The notes under the pieces: generated by a model
Database searches by the model: none
Seen by the model: only the letters and a program-made list of their open reading frames with translations
Told to the model about the DNA's origin: nothing
Position numbers and translations under genes: made by a program
Shown here: positions 59,001 to 64,000 of the stretch, piece by piece
Layout: each line of letters starts with the position of its first letter
Numbering within the stretch: position 1 is the first letter of the stretch
NCBI GenBank assembly: GCA_905178155.1
Contig: CAJINV010000002.1
Location: 7,346,743 to 7,410,742, forward strand
DNA: 64,000 bases
Origin: Amoebophrya sp. A120
Taxonomy: Eukaryota > Protista > Dinoflagellata
Reading direction: 5' to 3'

Positions 59001-61624
59001 AAGCGGTGGACGTGCTGTTACTTGATGACGAGTTCGCAATCCAAATCAAAACTGCGGTCGCTGCTGAAATGCCTGGCACAATCACAGCTTTGGAAGCCCG
59101 CAGCAGAGACTTGTCCGCCAATGAGATTCATGCCGAGGTCAAGCGCGCCTTGATCAAAGCCAAAGGTAACTGTACCGAACGTTTGGCACGACGGGTGATT
59201 GCAGACAGCTGGCGCTTCGTGTTGCACGAAGGGTACCTGATGGTACACAGATCACTAGAACGTTGCTGGAAGCTCTGGATCCCGAATGTCTACCTCGACA
59301 AAATTTCCATCGAGGACACGCAGTACGGCAGAACCAGCCCTTTGCGCGCGCTTGTTGATCGGACACATGTGAACCGCGACCATCTCACCCAAGGACCTCT
59401 ATACGAGGAGGTGATCTCGATGGGGTTCTGGCACGACGACCTTCGCAAGGTTTGTGATTGGCTCGTCCGCAACTGCCTGCTCTGCTGCAGCCTGATCACA
59501 GCGCCGTCTCTCGCTGGAGCACCCCGTGCTGAGAGATACGCTAATGTGGTGGGGGCCGTCCTTTTTATAGATTACATATGCGGTCTCCCCAAGAGCAAAC
59601 CGGGCGGACACACCTGCATTTTCACAGCAAATGACGCAGTGTCCGGAAATATGTGGGCGTTCGTCGGGCCGCGAGCCACAGCGGACTTCGCGGCGAAGTG
59701 CGTTAAGAGCATCTTCCAGGTCGGAGGGGAGAAGTATCGCGTCATCCGGTGCGACAATGGCTCACACTTCAAACGCAAATTCCAAGCTTGCTTGCGTAAG
59801 GAGCTGCAGAGTTTAGGAGTGGCCTTTGTTATGCCCGAGATCAAGCACGGTCCGCATTACTCGGCGCAGTCGCAGACCCCGGTCGAGAGACCGCACCAGT
59901 TCATCAATCGGGGGATTCGCGTCGCACTCTTCCCGCATGCGACTTTCAGCCGTGAAGTGGTAGAGGACGTCCTGGCGGACGTGGTTGTCTTCGACGAAAG
60001 TACCGAGGGCGACGACGACCTGATGGATCGTGAGGAGACGGAAGTCACCGATGTTGCTGATCTAACCGCCTGGCACAAACCGGTACAGGGAGTCGTTTCG
60101 AACTTGATGGGCCGCGCCCTACCGCATTACGACAACCTCAGCATCGATCACCTGCACAAAGGTCGCAGTGTTTGCGGTGGGACCCCTCGGTTTTCACGCG
60201 GTTACCGTCACGATGTCGCCGAGAACGCTGGCGTCCTGAAGGTTGTTCAGTCCTGCGGCCACCTCCAGCAGATGCAGACACGTGAGATGCGCGCCGTCAA
60301 GGAGAGGCAACGCTTCTTCGAACTACCAGGACAAGATATGTCCTGGTTCAACATCGGCACCACCGTCGCGCGCCTGTTGCCCAGTAGAAGCAAGTTTCAG
60401 CCCATGGATATCCGCTGTTTGTTCGTCATACGACGCGTCTACACCAACAGTTGTGATATCCAGACGCTGACTGGGTACGCCTACTTCGGAGGCAATCCTA
60501 TTCAGGCGTCACAGGTCCGGCCACGCAACCTCACGCTGGGTGCCTGTCGCGTGTACTTGTCCCTTTGGGGTTGCGTGGGTGAAGCACAAGAGACGCGTGT
60601 AAAAGAGCTTCTGAACATCGGGGTGGTGTTCCTCGAAGAAATCGGAGACCGTGAGGTGCAAAGTTTCCAGAGGCTAACGGGCGATATCCGATTTCGCGTC
60701 GGTTGTTACAATGTGGATGGGGTAGCAGCAGCTCTGGAGAGACCGTGGAAGTTCAGTTTCCTTTCAACAGTCGGAGTCTTCTCGGATGGTCTTTCGATAC
60801 AAGAAACGAAACTTCAGTTCCGCGACGTGGACCCTTGGACGGACATCCTGCGCAACATCTTCGGTTACAACAAATTCAAAGCTTCTGACTTCGCTTGGAG
60901 GTGTTGCACACCGCGACCGGGAAACTTCGGCACGGTGTGGGTCGGTAAAGGAGCCACCGACACTATCCCCACGCTTACCTGTGGCCAGGAAGAACATAAC
61001 CCCTCGTTCGAGGGCAGAATCGTGGTTGCCGAGCCGTTGGGCAAAGGCCAGCTGCTTGTCGTCACGTTGTATAACGTCAACTCTGGTCCTTGGCTGGCTG
61101 AAAAGGGCGAGTTTCAACGCAGCTCTGTTCGAGAAAGATGGGACCGTGCCGTGCAAGATTTCTTGAGAAAGGCACCACACAGCCACGTCATCTTTTGCGG
61201 GGACCTCAATGCCCTCTGGCCAGGTATTGAGGGCACCCATATGCGCAAAACGGATTGGCAGGGCGTGCCCATCCCGTCGTTGAGCAGTCGCGAGTCTCGC
61301 TCGCTGCAGACGCTGGTACGTGCCTGCGACTTCCGGCGGTGCAGTACGACGAGTAGTACCGACGGCTGCGCTCTGAACTTTCGACTGAAGAACGAGGGTA
61401 CCGCAACGGCGTTCAGTCTCTCTCACTTCCTAGTACGCGGAGGATTTGCGTCGCCCCCGACATTGGATTATGTTGGTTGCGAGCCAGTCTACGAGGTCGA
61501 GCCAGAAAAGGGAAGTACTACCCGATGTGGTCGCGTTTACACTTTGGCGAGTTACTACGACCACTGCGCTCTGGTAGGAGACTTCGTTCTGACCCAAGAC
61601 GTGTCACTCAGAGCTCGAGAGTAG
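47027..61624 (+). CDS. pol: ORF2, Pol polyprotein (4,865 aa): unknown N-terminal region, aspartic protease, RT(C-half), RNase H, RT(N-half), integrase, EEP nuclease
   Basis: Protease: VLVDTG (52313) and LILGMD (~52757). RT C-half: SLDCAKGFLQ (D at 54182), GLTWAPQIF, YVDD (55178), VLGWLI. RNase H: MLDSS (55694), MME, YFDN, NSIPDHGSR. RT N-half: SALFLAIRKND..RIIVD..SN....YPL (57257-57358). Integrase: H-x4-H...CLLC, IDYI, CDNG, VER (59366-59890). EEP: YNVDG, QETK, GDLN, DH (60686-61600). Confidence 0.9.
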   Translation: MQEALQLQRMAQQFNNNYLNMSFDPYSIAARVLQNACHAAPPTASEGAPVGNSITPSQQQSAEQHRQAATPIASSLGNPLKTASTAVQQPDLSLPAGVPAAGVVGNSPSPTLGQPLQSGGILKRMGNSEAPVRDEVVFVENTTTAGGGLSGLLQPISSIAGVIRTGTQEPNVRTGGVYEERSLLPAHVTTSVSPSPAEEPKEPATNTQPASTFKSSGRACGAQIELPAKAETSRPDEDEEVSKLVSLCRSAGILSSVCDPLPGALSKPETQNVAKEQSNPQEHLAVSTSSGEGEFVSTVVRLKGAEEHQLRLHNYRSSATGVADQLPGMTKPKEPERRVAIVVPPGTAIRRVFSQHVTPGLIKDQRVLKDGNAALEETAATIPGACWDGALEDDVFEITRADLEVALHRPHSNPVDAFLAQESLSNLKQALETGDHRVPNLSADQLVTAMFVGCEDPFSLRDAVEHGLDVLSLGPHDDQLRQEILDILEEECVKSEDKRRETFTSSMCLLRSKMKMLQNRGLLRVDQLQRRQRRWQHRGLRRTPRKGPRKVVLARRRAKARVEVGKDNFETPPMVTAGSFVSSVSPQEDFNNLSFLSEVSWEVEAEHLSDPELEQPSRGTSEASPIGPNGPDHVDFDPRPEEGHGERDTPAAAATRLAVFTAAAARVDEIAWGRQPLVADPETTLEGVLDEYAEPHVIGPDGQGLPEVAAPAVPVDIALPEQPPAPTPPPFVGDPRIDSDYDEWSNGDTDDDDSAVRPARVRFCETTRVWPDALLCEIEHRASHHDGLIAPHTTVEDFREQIASHKTRRRRSRRRIRVPPTSSVESEVLSGVANTNQDLKLRRSWLAGVGVKHSDVGPSAVGQSHPVKRDLVPHPGWKFWRAVPNRARRSRQDIETIIGWRRRDEVVVTEEWCLQLLGYAVGDSRYPIQEMMVRYIAQVYWRVSLRVDVVTNKTPLPRLWKHLGRAFALSSRAPLDTVVRTESPARMIAEDRLYSNGHPFITTRRRGHCSRRAKGHQAELPYPFLKRARRVLDGTKTVEDLWIENVRDRPWQVLSWICACFWLAYYNWTWALGTLVLLCLGLSIARAFGICCNWICKALREIDLEFLDPPPLRHLTRQRSNNNPYRIVRDCQIESNHEGHTCCDRYAVVTNCWSIVGTGFLHSREIESNFYNVGNDCEKNIGTMAEIKRMLQLKHGRYSPRSRSRVYGIFAIGRHYQVDNLRYFDAKRGVWVGAKPSYSVRTGFDRVGGPLNMVNVVERLRGDGSDDNVRNWNALLWSCIKDIRGLFSGLNEVARSNYQQWTAIRDLEPGRYDRRSWFEGKFCDFFGGNERCAIVLVLELHEDTPLNIEKQLLRALRNEIQSCIIQHADNSQEGRRHWYDPNGFWARSEIHRVHARLLERVVVTAVRHGTIVGTETGHSADTYLLRNEYALLAGLDVLGVSGAYFGDISLASSTPVRDRTVDRWQVTEQQIERARRYNFLGEVTHDSPFCLAIPYEMGSGLVNGYMRHGRLVRNRNCLLHAAPPGGGFTKLTGYFFDSFGRHRKCEVLAYELGHTFELSIEGGVSAEELLRVCCGITEDEFRRTTPSVRRLLSQVRRATPGIVQTFGNNIGARVEIDRDIHYSSAPVQRELEKNRHYLERRTTFSNFANGFNGIRGVISWFLRQVAHTIVQFAFNIEGPQGLVRSSITVEEQSRSRYGGVEAFWRQSDIEKLNKDERANICRKMGRDEKGEFSQVRSDPLGNRLVVGFKCKDGRYILTVVLVDTGCKVSKYVLGENLLSVFFAALYGIPRVHVPGLEEICLFGSPNCGSMSSTLALAFVDPFIPCFDYTLKGAENSGQGEVGRFYSVKDGCGIARGYAPGHNRVVSLSEDPAADIARGLRISEVRDTASRAVLSRGSLAMVAEWLFRYDGLILGMDTIVRLGLELPVPYSFLDQLGMLSLVLEEAATGKAHRRMAQRVPTRGIGNEDYMGLFENRVTPAGKKLSPKELVAIAMRDSKPLDASKAEDQPVIRLMHSSSLMQQVAQVPAGATVIAATPPAESGGANATVSAPTPVPAAKKVSFQDGPPATIEIEQNQASSGYLRFSYGDLHDTNDLAPNGSYTCTVDFTESKRRFENGTLQRVHFDFTSEELKHLAENYICEDDAPEGVYKHRADLDLDKVRSKGVASKNVDLGLSSAGAPLSNTKNAIKHRKKREQVRRLRQFDQYLRSGLPSLFREAASSGPSEVQPGTPETSPDESKVPEDPTVPEEEGPGEEELNESDSEDEVETSKTSADFEWPDSLRLSAKQRAAAKRWGSDASGTREYARTLRRRLRGETCCGWRFVLLMVLLAYSVMEGFVCEVHAADPENDSFETGSTEKDLSKDALRRGVKYLAALDTESVKGIASLDCAKGFLQYKLSSRLWRYTSWVYRCVVKRPLRLFLGLTWAPQIFCTGSQLSFGTLRDPDIEVAELMRASEKVGVHLSADISESDLDKLVLHFAKEKGPACVTDERNAEDLFSRLEGPREAAERALRKQEQSTLDGSAAAGDDDSDFSEVDVMQDADSDSTSSSEGEEQSDFGGKLTREDHLFSFYQQQMEKQGVTSVYKQQSPSFTTECTDTAETVSGSDTEGSRTSDDESSETTSEVGPDNASSPSRGPKSKKPRTTIPVNEKRVRTLLQAAKAFGPWRWGEHGVRLLWRYLKTKVNQASPGGTRREKRRRGQKLLKSLLEKIPGLEFVIPYVDDVNFTFHGLWNLLVRLGLVLGRSEQTGLAFSVKKVQADRVLQVLGWLIDAAQGFRTPDPGKVRGLRAFTWQRVSKDLKVLKRFVCVAGYLREAYQRTDELDAAEQLLKDYLQNPKAFKTMRSDPKARAAFKTYQRKLCDTVEISQIDVAAARNWRLYTPGENPILRIMLDSSAARSNATGMQRQRGTDRMVFNRTHKWAKEERDKNGNLSVMMEVNGAVWLVREVLPRLPKVPFALYFDNTCLSEKQLWSICASATVRKSLVSKSAEVICALAEWEVYFETAKGAGNSIPDHGSRCDPAGPASQKAGEQKDAFEMLRDRLKWLFGKGKVTPDSDSEEEEKGGGPGNGAAKSYTNIAPQNTEEDGGLAREDRVDAWMGLHRFLSMDAFLSYWTCSQATLHPFVEASFFVQTDDFYEVPFEDGRLVQYYVDFHFSSVQEITILPPNRCASRLQLMEGLTYRVTATTDKPVCVTPRLFVLPFEGNRKHVDLKGRYRIVQMSGVLDTHVRETTPQYGASCDTVDTEVEMPFHREGSAAAAPKDTVDSEFPLPDPSTLPPSNNPILNNATPEEVVQAIITRLRKARSSITVEDFEKACVAKFEEVCGKWPTGARYCMMRQMLLLRLALWTEGARFPTARLPSAYHPVKKNCKYAAFRKIQLEPLMDLVLRFHLAEQTLEGLLADYDPHMGLPVQLSALFLAIRKNDCLARIIVDASTSNGVFEAAVYPLAAVEAVWAKLLSCFPAITRKEYHEKTNAMLSLRSIGNWGQLALRTVKGALTFAGLDSASREEKPVGNFLDALRTEPVFVHYSGYLDKTEAMRLAGLKPKTGDSIVFKSCQSVLPPGGERWLNRRAEYTGLRPWSRAKSILMRTMPGALSTHPPRPTTFRVLHVLPVEETFEDLCWRDGGWGAVFKQFTDRSSYDTVRLGFPSVDWLCKECILVFRGDNYTDYMCGAAPGPKEELHLCEPVPGDDSPGTSGQPRWFRCRDELEGCSLPGFQPKKAGDEVKASSKKKRNKKETLLPTEDGTDEDEVHEEQNKAPAKKAKTKPAVAQKQSKSKGVANKKSKAKAKAKGNLVVEDDADLDLQAEADEFELDFENEQDSNEVQLEDVEMEDAELLEDDLSQEEAEEPGVDLQGQGLRLDEENPKRKGTLVREAVETQFKKLIPEFEAQVGDDEDKVKRLTWTTTSNNWSVLLDIKNAKYPRDQSRAPSRVLGYATTTKRKDVLVPLTKDVGRIAQFHGSTGKCEKYGTLVDFEVVGLSVLLRPRRFYLFFARQAVDVLLLDDEFAIQIKTAVAAEMPGTITALEARSRDLSANEIHAEVKRALIKAKGNCTERLARRVIADSWRFVLHEGYLMVHRSLERCWKLWIPNVYLDKISIEDTQYGRTSPLRALVDRTHVNRDHLTQGPLYEEVISMGFWHDDLRKVCDWLVRNCLLCCSLITAPSLAGAPRAERYANVVGAVLFIDYICGLPKSKPGGHTCIFTANDAVSGNMWAFVGPRATADFAAKCVKSIFQVGGEKYRVIRCDNGSHFKRKFQACLRKELQSLGVAFVMPEIKHGPHYSAQSQTPVERPHQFINRGIRVALFPHATFSREVVEDVLADVVVFDESTEGDDDLMDREETEVTDVADLTAWHKPVQGVVSNLMGRALPHYDNLSIDHLHKGRSVCGGTPRFSRGYRHDVAENAGVLKVVQSCGHLQQMQTREMRAVKERQRFFELPGQDMSWFNIGTTVARLLPSRSKFQPMDIRCLFVIRRVYTNSCDIQTLTGYAYFGGNPIQASQVRPRNLTLGACRVYLSLWGCVGEAQETRVKELLNIGVVFLEEIGDREVQSFQRLTGDIRFRVGCYNVDGVAAALERPWKFSFLSTVGVFSDGLSIQETKLQFRDVDPWTDILRNIFGYNKFKASDFAWRCCTPRPGNFGTVWVGKGATDTIPTLTCGQEEHNPSFEGRIVVAEPLGKGQLLVVTLYNVNSGPWLAEKGEFQRSSVRERWDRAVQDFLRKAPHSHVIFCGDLNALWPGIEGTHMRKTDWQGVPIPSLSSRESRSLQTLVRACDFRRCSTTSSTDGCALNFRLKNEGTATAFSLSHFLVRGGFASPPTLDYVGCEPVYEVEPEKGSTTRCGRVYTLASYYDHCALVGDFVLTQDVSLRARE

Positions 61625-62253
61625 AGCCTGCCTCTACTAAAAAAAGAAAGTGTTTCTAAGGACTAAAAATTCGACAAAGAAGTATACGAATTGTAGAGTT
61701 TAACAGAGATTCAAAAGGAAAACCAGCTCAACTAGTACCTGTGAAGGCTTAAGTAGCAAATGTAGTTTACTAGATTGGGAAACAAGAGAAAGCAATTCGA
61801 CAAATGTTCGCCGTGTTAGTTACGTGTATCTTCCGGTGCGTGCGTAGCTCGTAGTTAATGTAACAGTTGGAAGGCTACTGGAAAATAAGGCGAAGTAGAG
61901 ATCACCTGCGGAAGGTCAAAAGATGACAAGTTTGCAAGCATATCTAAAAGCATTTTCTTTGAATAAGCATCAAGTTAACTTCATACCCACAACGTCATCC
62001 AAGTGTTGCTTTCATGTCTGAGTGTCAATTATGAATAACAAAACCAACAGGCTAACCAGGTAAGCGTGCTTGCTTTGTTTCACGTAAGTCTATTTGTTTT
62101 GATTTGTGCCTGAATTACATAAAACGAACGCATCTGTAAGAGTGTTTTAAGTATACCTATACCTTTAAGTTTACGACAGTGTCACACTCAGAATTTTGTA
62201 ATAGAAGGACGTAACTAGAACGTGCTTGCCACGTTCCATAAAGAAACTGCACA

Positions 62254-63708
62254 ATGGCGGCCCTAGGACCAGAATTCTCGATGCAAGCGAACAATGCGCT
62301 TTGTGAGAACCCGTATGCCCCGAATAACGACCACCTGTTTGACTTGCGAGCCCACGAGACGAGCGGGTTCTTCTTGAATAACCTGTCCGACTTGGGTGGA
62401 ATCACGAAGAGTCTGGAGCCCCAGAAGTTTTTCATGAAGGAGAAAACGCTGAGCTTGACCCAGTTGTCCCTCCTCGCAGGGGGAACAGGTGATGTCCAGA
62501 TCGAGGAGGTGTGGATCGGTTGTTGTTTTCAAGATTTTTCCTTTTATCATCAACCTGCTGCGGTTTCTGAATTTCGTCCGTACCTAGTCGTTCTTTCCGA
62601 GACAGTGTCCAATTTGTTGGCTCCAAGGATTTCGGAGTTACGCATGGGGTCCTATCACCTCCAGGATGTGTCGGGCATGCTCGCCACCGCCCGGGAATAC
62701 GGATTCGACAAGTTCTGGATCTACTTCGTGGTCTTCGAGCCCGAGGTCCTCCTTCCCGGCACCTTAAGCCTCATGAATCTTCGTCGGCCCAAATTCGTCT
62801 ATGGAGTTATTCGGGATCCTTTCGCGCGCCATCGCCTGACGCCGATGATCGAGATGATCAACATGGTTGTGCAGACCACCTCCCGTTACACTGAGGTGGT
62901 GCACTTGCAGCGCGTCGAGGAACTGGAGCGACAGTACCGCGACGAGCTCGCCAACTTGATGAACCAGAACATCTTGTTACGTGTCGAAAATGCTCGTCAT
63001 CGCGATACGCAGGAAGAAAGTAATCAGATGCAGATCGAGAACGAAGCGGTGCGCCTCGACATCTTAGAAGAGCGGGAACGCTGCACTGAATTGCGATTGG
63101 AAAACGAGCGTCTCCGCGGCGCGATCCGTCGGTTGACGGACCAGTTGCGCGCCCGTCGCGAGCGTGGATCCCGTCCCAACCGCAACCGCAACTTCGATTT
63201 GACGCCGCCCAGTTCCCCTGCCCTCGCGACAAGAGGTGGCTCCAGCCCGGACAGCACTGGTTCTGACACACCTAGTTCTCCGATTTCTCCGTTGTCGGGT
63301 TCGTCCGACTCTGACGAAGCCAATTCACGTCATGATCTTGAAATGACAGATGTCCAGGACGAGAACGACGCTATTCCTGGCGGCTCGCGCGCGCCAGTCA
63401 TACAAGATACTGGTTGTCGCACGATGCCCCGCTTGACAGCGGACATGAGTTTCTACAATCACATGAATATGCTTTTCCAAGAACGAGCGGCTAACCAAAA
63501 CACCGAAAACCGCTCCCCTCGTGTCTGGATCCACCAAAATGATGGTAATTTATACGAAGTCTCCCCCGAAGTAAATGTGGATGATCGCACCAGCTCCAAC
63601 AACGACGCTTTGTTTGGTTCGCCGGACAGTGGCACAGGCAACTCTAGTTCGTGGCATAGTACCATCCACGTGGGTCTGACCCAGGAGGATTTAGATCAGT
63701 TGGATTAA
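62254..63708 (+). CDS. ORF3, 484-aa protein: globular N-terminus, central coiled coil, S/D-rich disordered tail; probably an accessory ORF of the retroelement
   Basis: Intron-free ORF 630 nt after the pol stop, same strand, with no LTR copy in between. Confidence 0.65.
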   Translation: MAALGPEFSMQANNALCENPYAPNNDHLFDLRAHETSGFFLNNLSDLGGITKSLEPQKFFMKEKTLSLTQLSLLAGGTGDVQIEEVWIGCCFQDFSFYHQPAAVSEFRPYLVVLSETVSNLLAPRISELRMGSYHLQDVSGMLATAREYGFDKFWIYFVVFEPEVLLPGTLSLMNLRRPKFVYGVIRDPFARHRLTPMIEMINMVVQTTSRYTEVVHLQRVEELERQYRDELANLMNQNILLRVENARHRDTQEESNQMQIENEAVRLDILEERERCTELRLENERLRGAIRRLTDQLRARRERGSRPNRNRNFDLTPPSSPALATRGGSSPDSTGSDTPSSPISPLSGSSDSDEANSRHDLEMTDVQDENDAIPGGSRAPVIQDTGCRTMPRLTADMSFYNHMNMLFQERAANQNTENRSPRVWIHQNDGNLYEVSPEVNVDDRTSSNNDALFGSPDSGTGNSSSWHSTIHVGLTQEDLDQLD

Positions 63709-63780
63709 GTGTGTGGCTTGCCTACACAGAAAGCTAAAGAAAGCGTTAATCACAGATCTCTCAAAATCTCAAGAAATAAA

Positions 63781-64000
63781 ATGAACGTGCAACCTTCTCT
63801 ATTGCCGGTGCCTCTTGACGATCGGTATCCTTCCATCTTTACCGACGAAGTGTACCGGGCTGCGTCTCCAAGACACGTCTGTAAGAAAGCTGTAGTAAAA
63901 CACCCGAAAGCGACGCGTGCTGACGCCGACTTCCGGGGCATCAAAAACTTCAACTATAAATATAAAAGTTCCGGGGACGACAACACTTGGTCCGAAGACG
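63781..64000 (+). CDS. ORF4, partial (MNVQPSLLPVPLDDRYPSIF...), open to the window end
   Basis: ATG at 63781 after an A-rich context; no stop in 73 codons. Confidence 0.45.
   Translation, partial: MNVQPSLLPVPLDDRYPSIFTDEVYRAASPRHVCKKAVVKHPKATRADADFRGIKNFNYKYKSSGDDNTWSED

Larger units (their letters stand above)
38268..64000 (+). mobile_element. Giant LTR retrotransposon (Ty3/Gypsy-like enzymes, non-standard Pol), running off the window end
   Basis: Candidate LTR and PBS, Gag-like ORF, Pol with protease, RT, RNase H and integrase motifs; intron-free unlike the host genes. The left boundary is approximate and no 3' LTR is seen. Confidence 0.85.

Noticed and set aside
47027-61624. Non-LTR (LINE) element, because RT and an AP-endonuclease co-occur
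   Set aside because: The EEP domain is C-terminal and APE1-like. The RT motifs are Ty3/Gypsy-like and come with a protease, RNase H and an HHCC/DDE integrase.
61625-64000. 3' LTR or polypurine tract after pol
   Set aside because: I found no visible match to 38268-38739; the element end appears to lie beyond the window.

Overview
Eukaryotic, gene-dense, all-plus-strand region. It is most consistent with a syndinian dinoflagellate such as Amoebophrya; this is inferred from the non-canonical, transposon-like introns. The first ~37 kb hold two tandem ABCA transporter paralogs, a UIM-bearing protein, a nucleotide-diphospho-sugar transferase-like protein, two hypothetical genes and proteasome ATPase RPT1. 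These genes are interrupted by at least 11 non-GT-AG 'introner' introns with the structure 5-bp direct repeat / TAT...terminal inverted repeats...ATA / 5-bp direct repeat, and the intron positions differ between the two ABCA paralogs. From ~38.3 kb to the window end lies a giant (>25 kb, 3' end not reached) LTR-type retroelement with a candidate LTR+PBS, a ~2,400-aa Gag-like ORF, a 4,865-aa Pol and two extra ORFs. Its Pol has a very unusual order: protease, RT C-terminal half (motifs 3-7, with a ~260-aa insert before YVDD), RNase H, RT N-terminal half (motifs 1-2), integrase, and an ExoIII/APE1-like nuclease. This looks like a permuted/split reverse transcriptase plus a captured AP-endonuclease domain. 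All domain calls are by eye from motifs; no searches were run.
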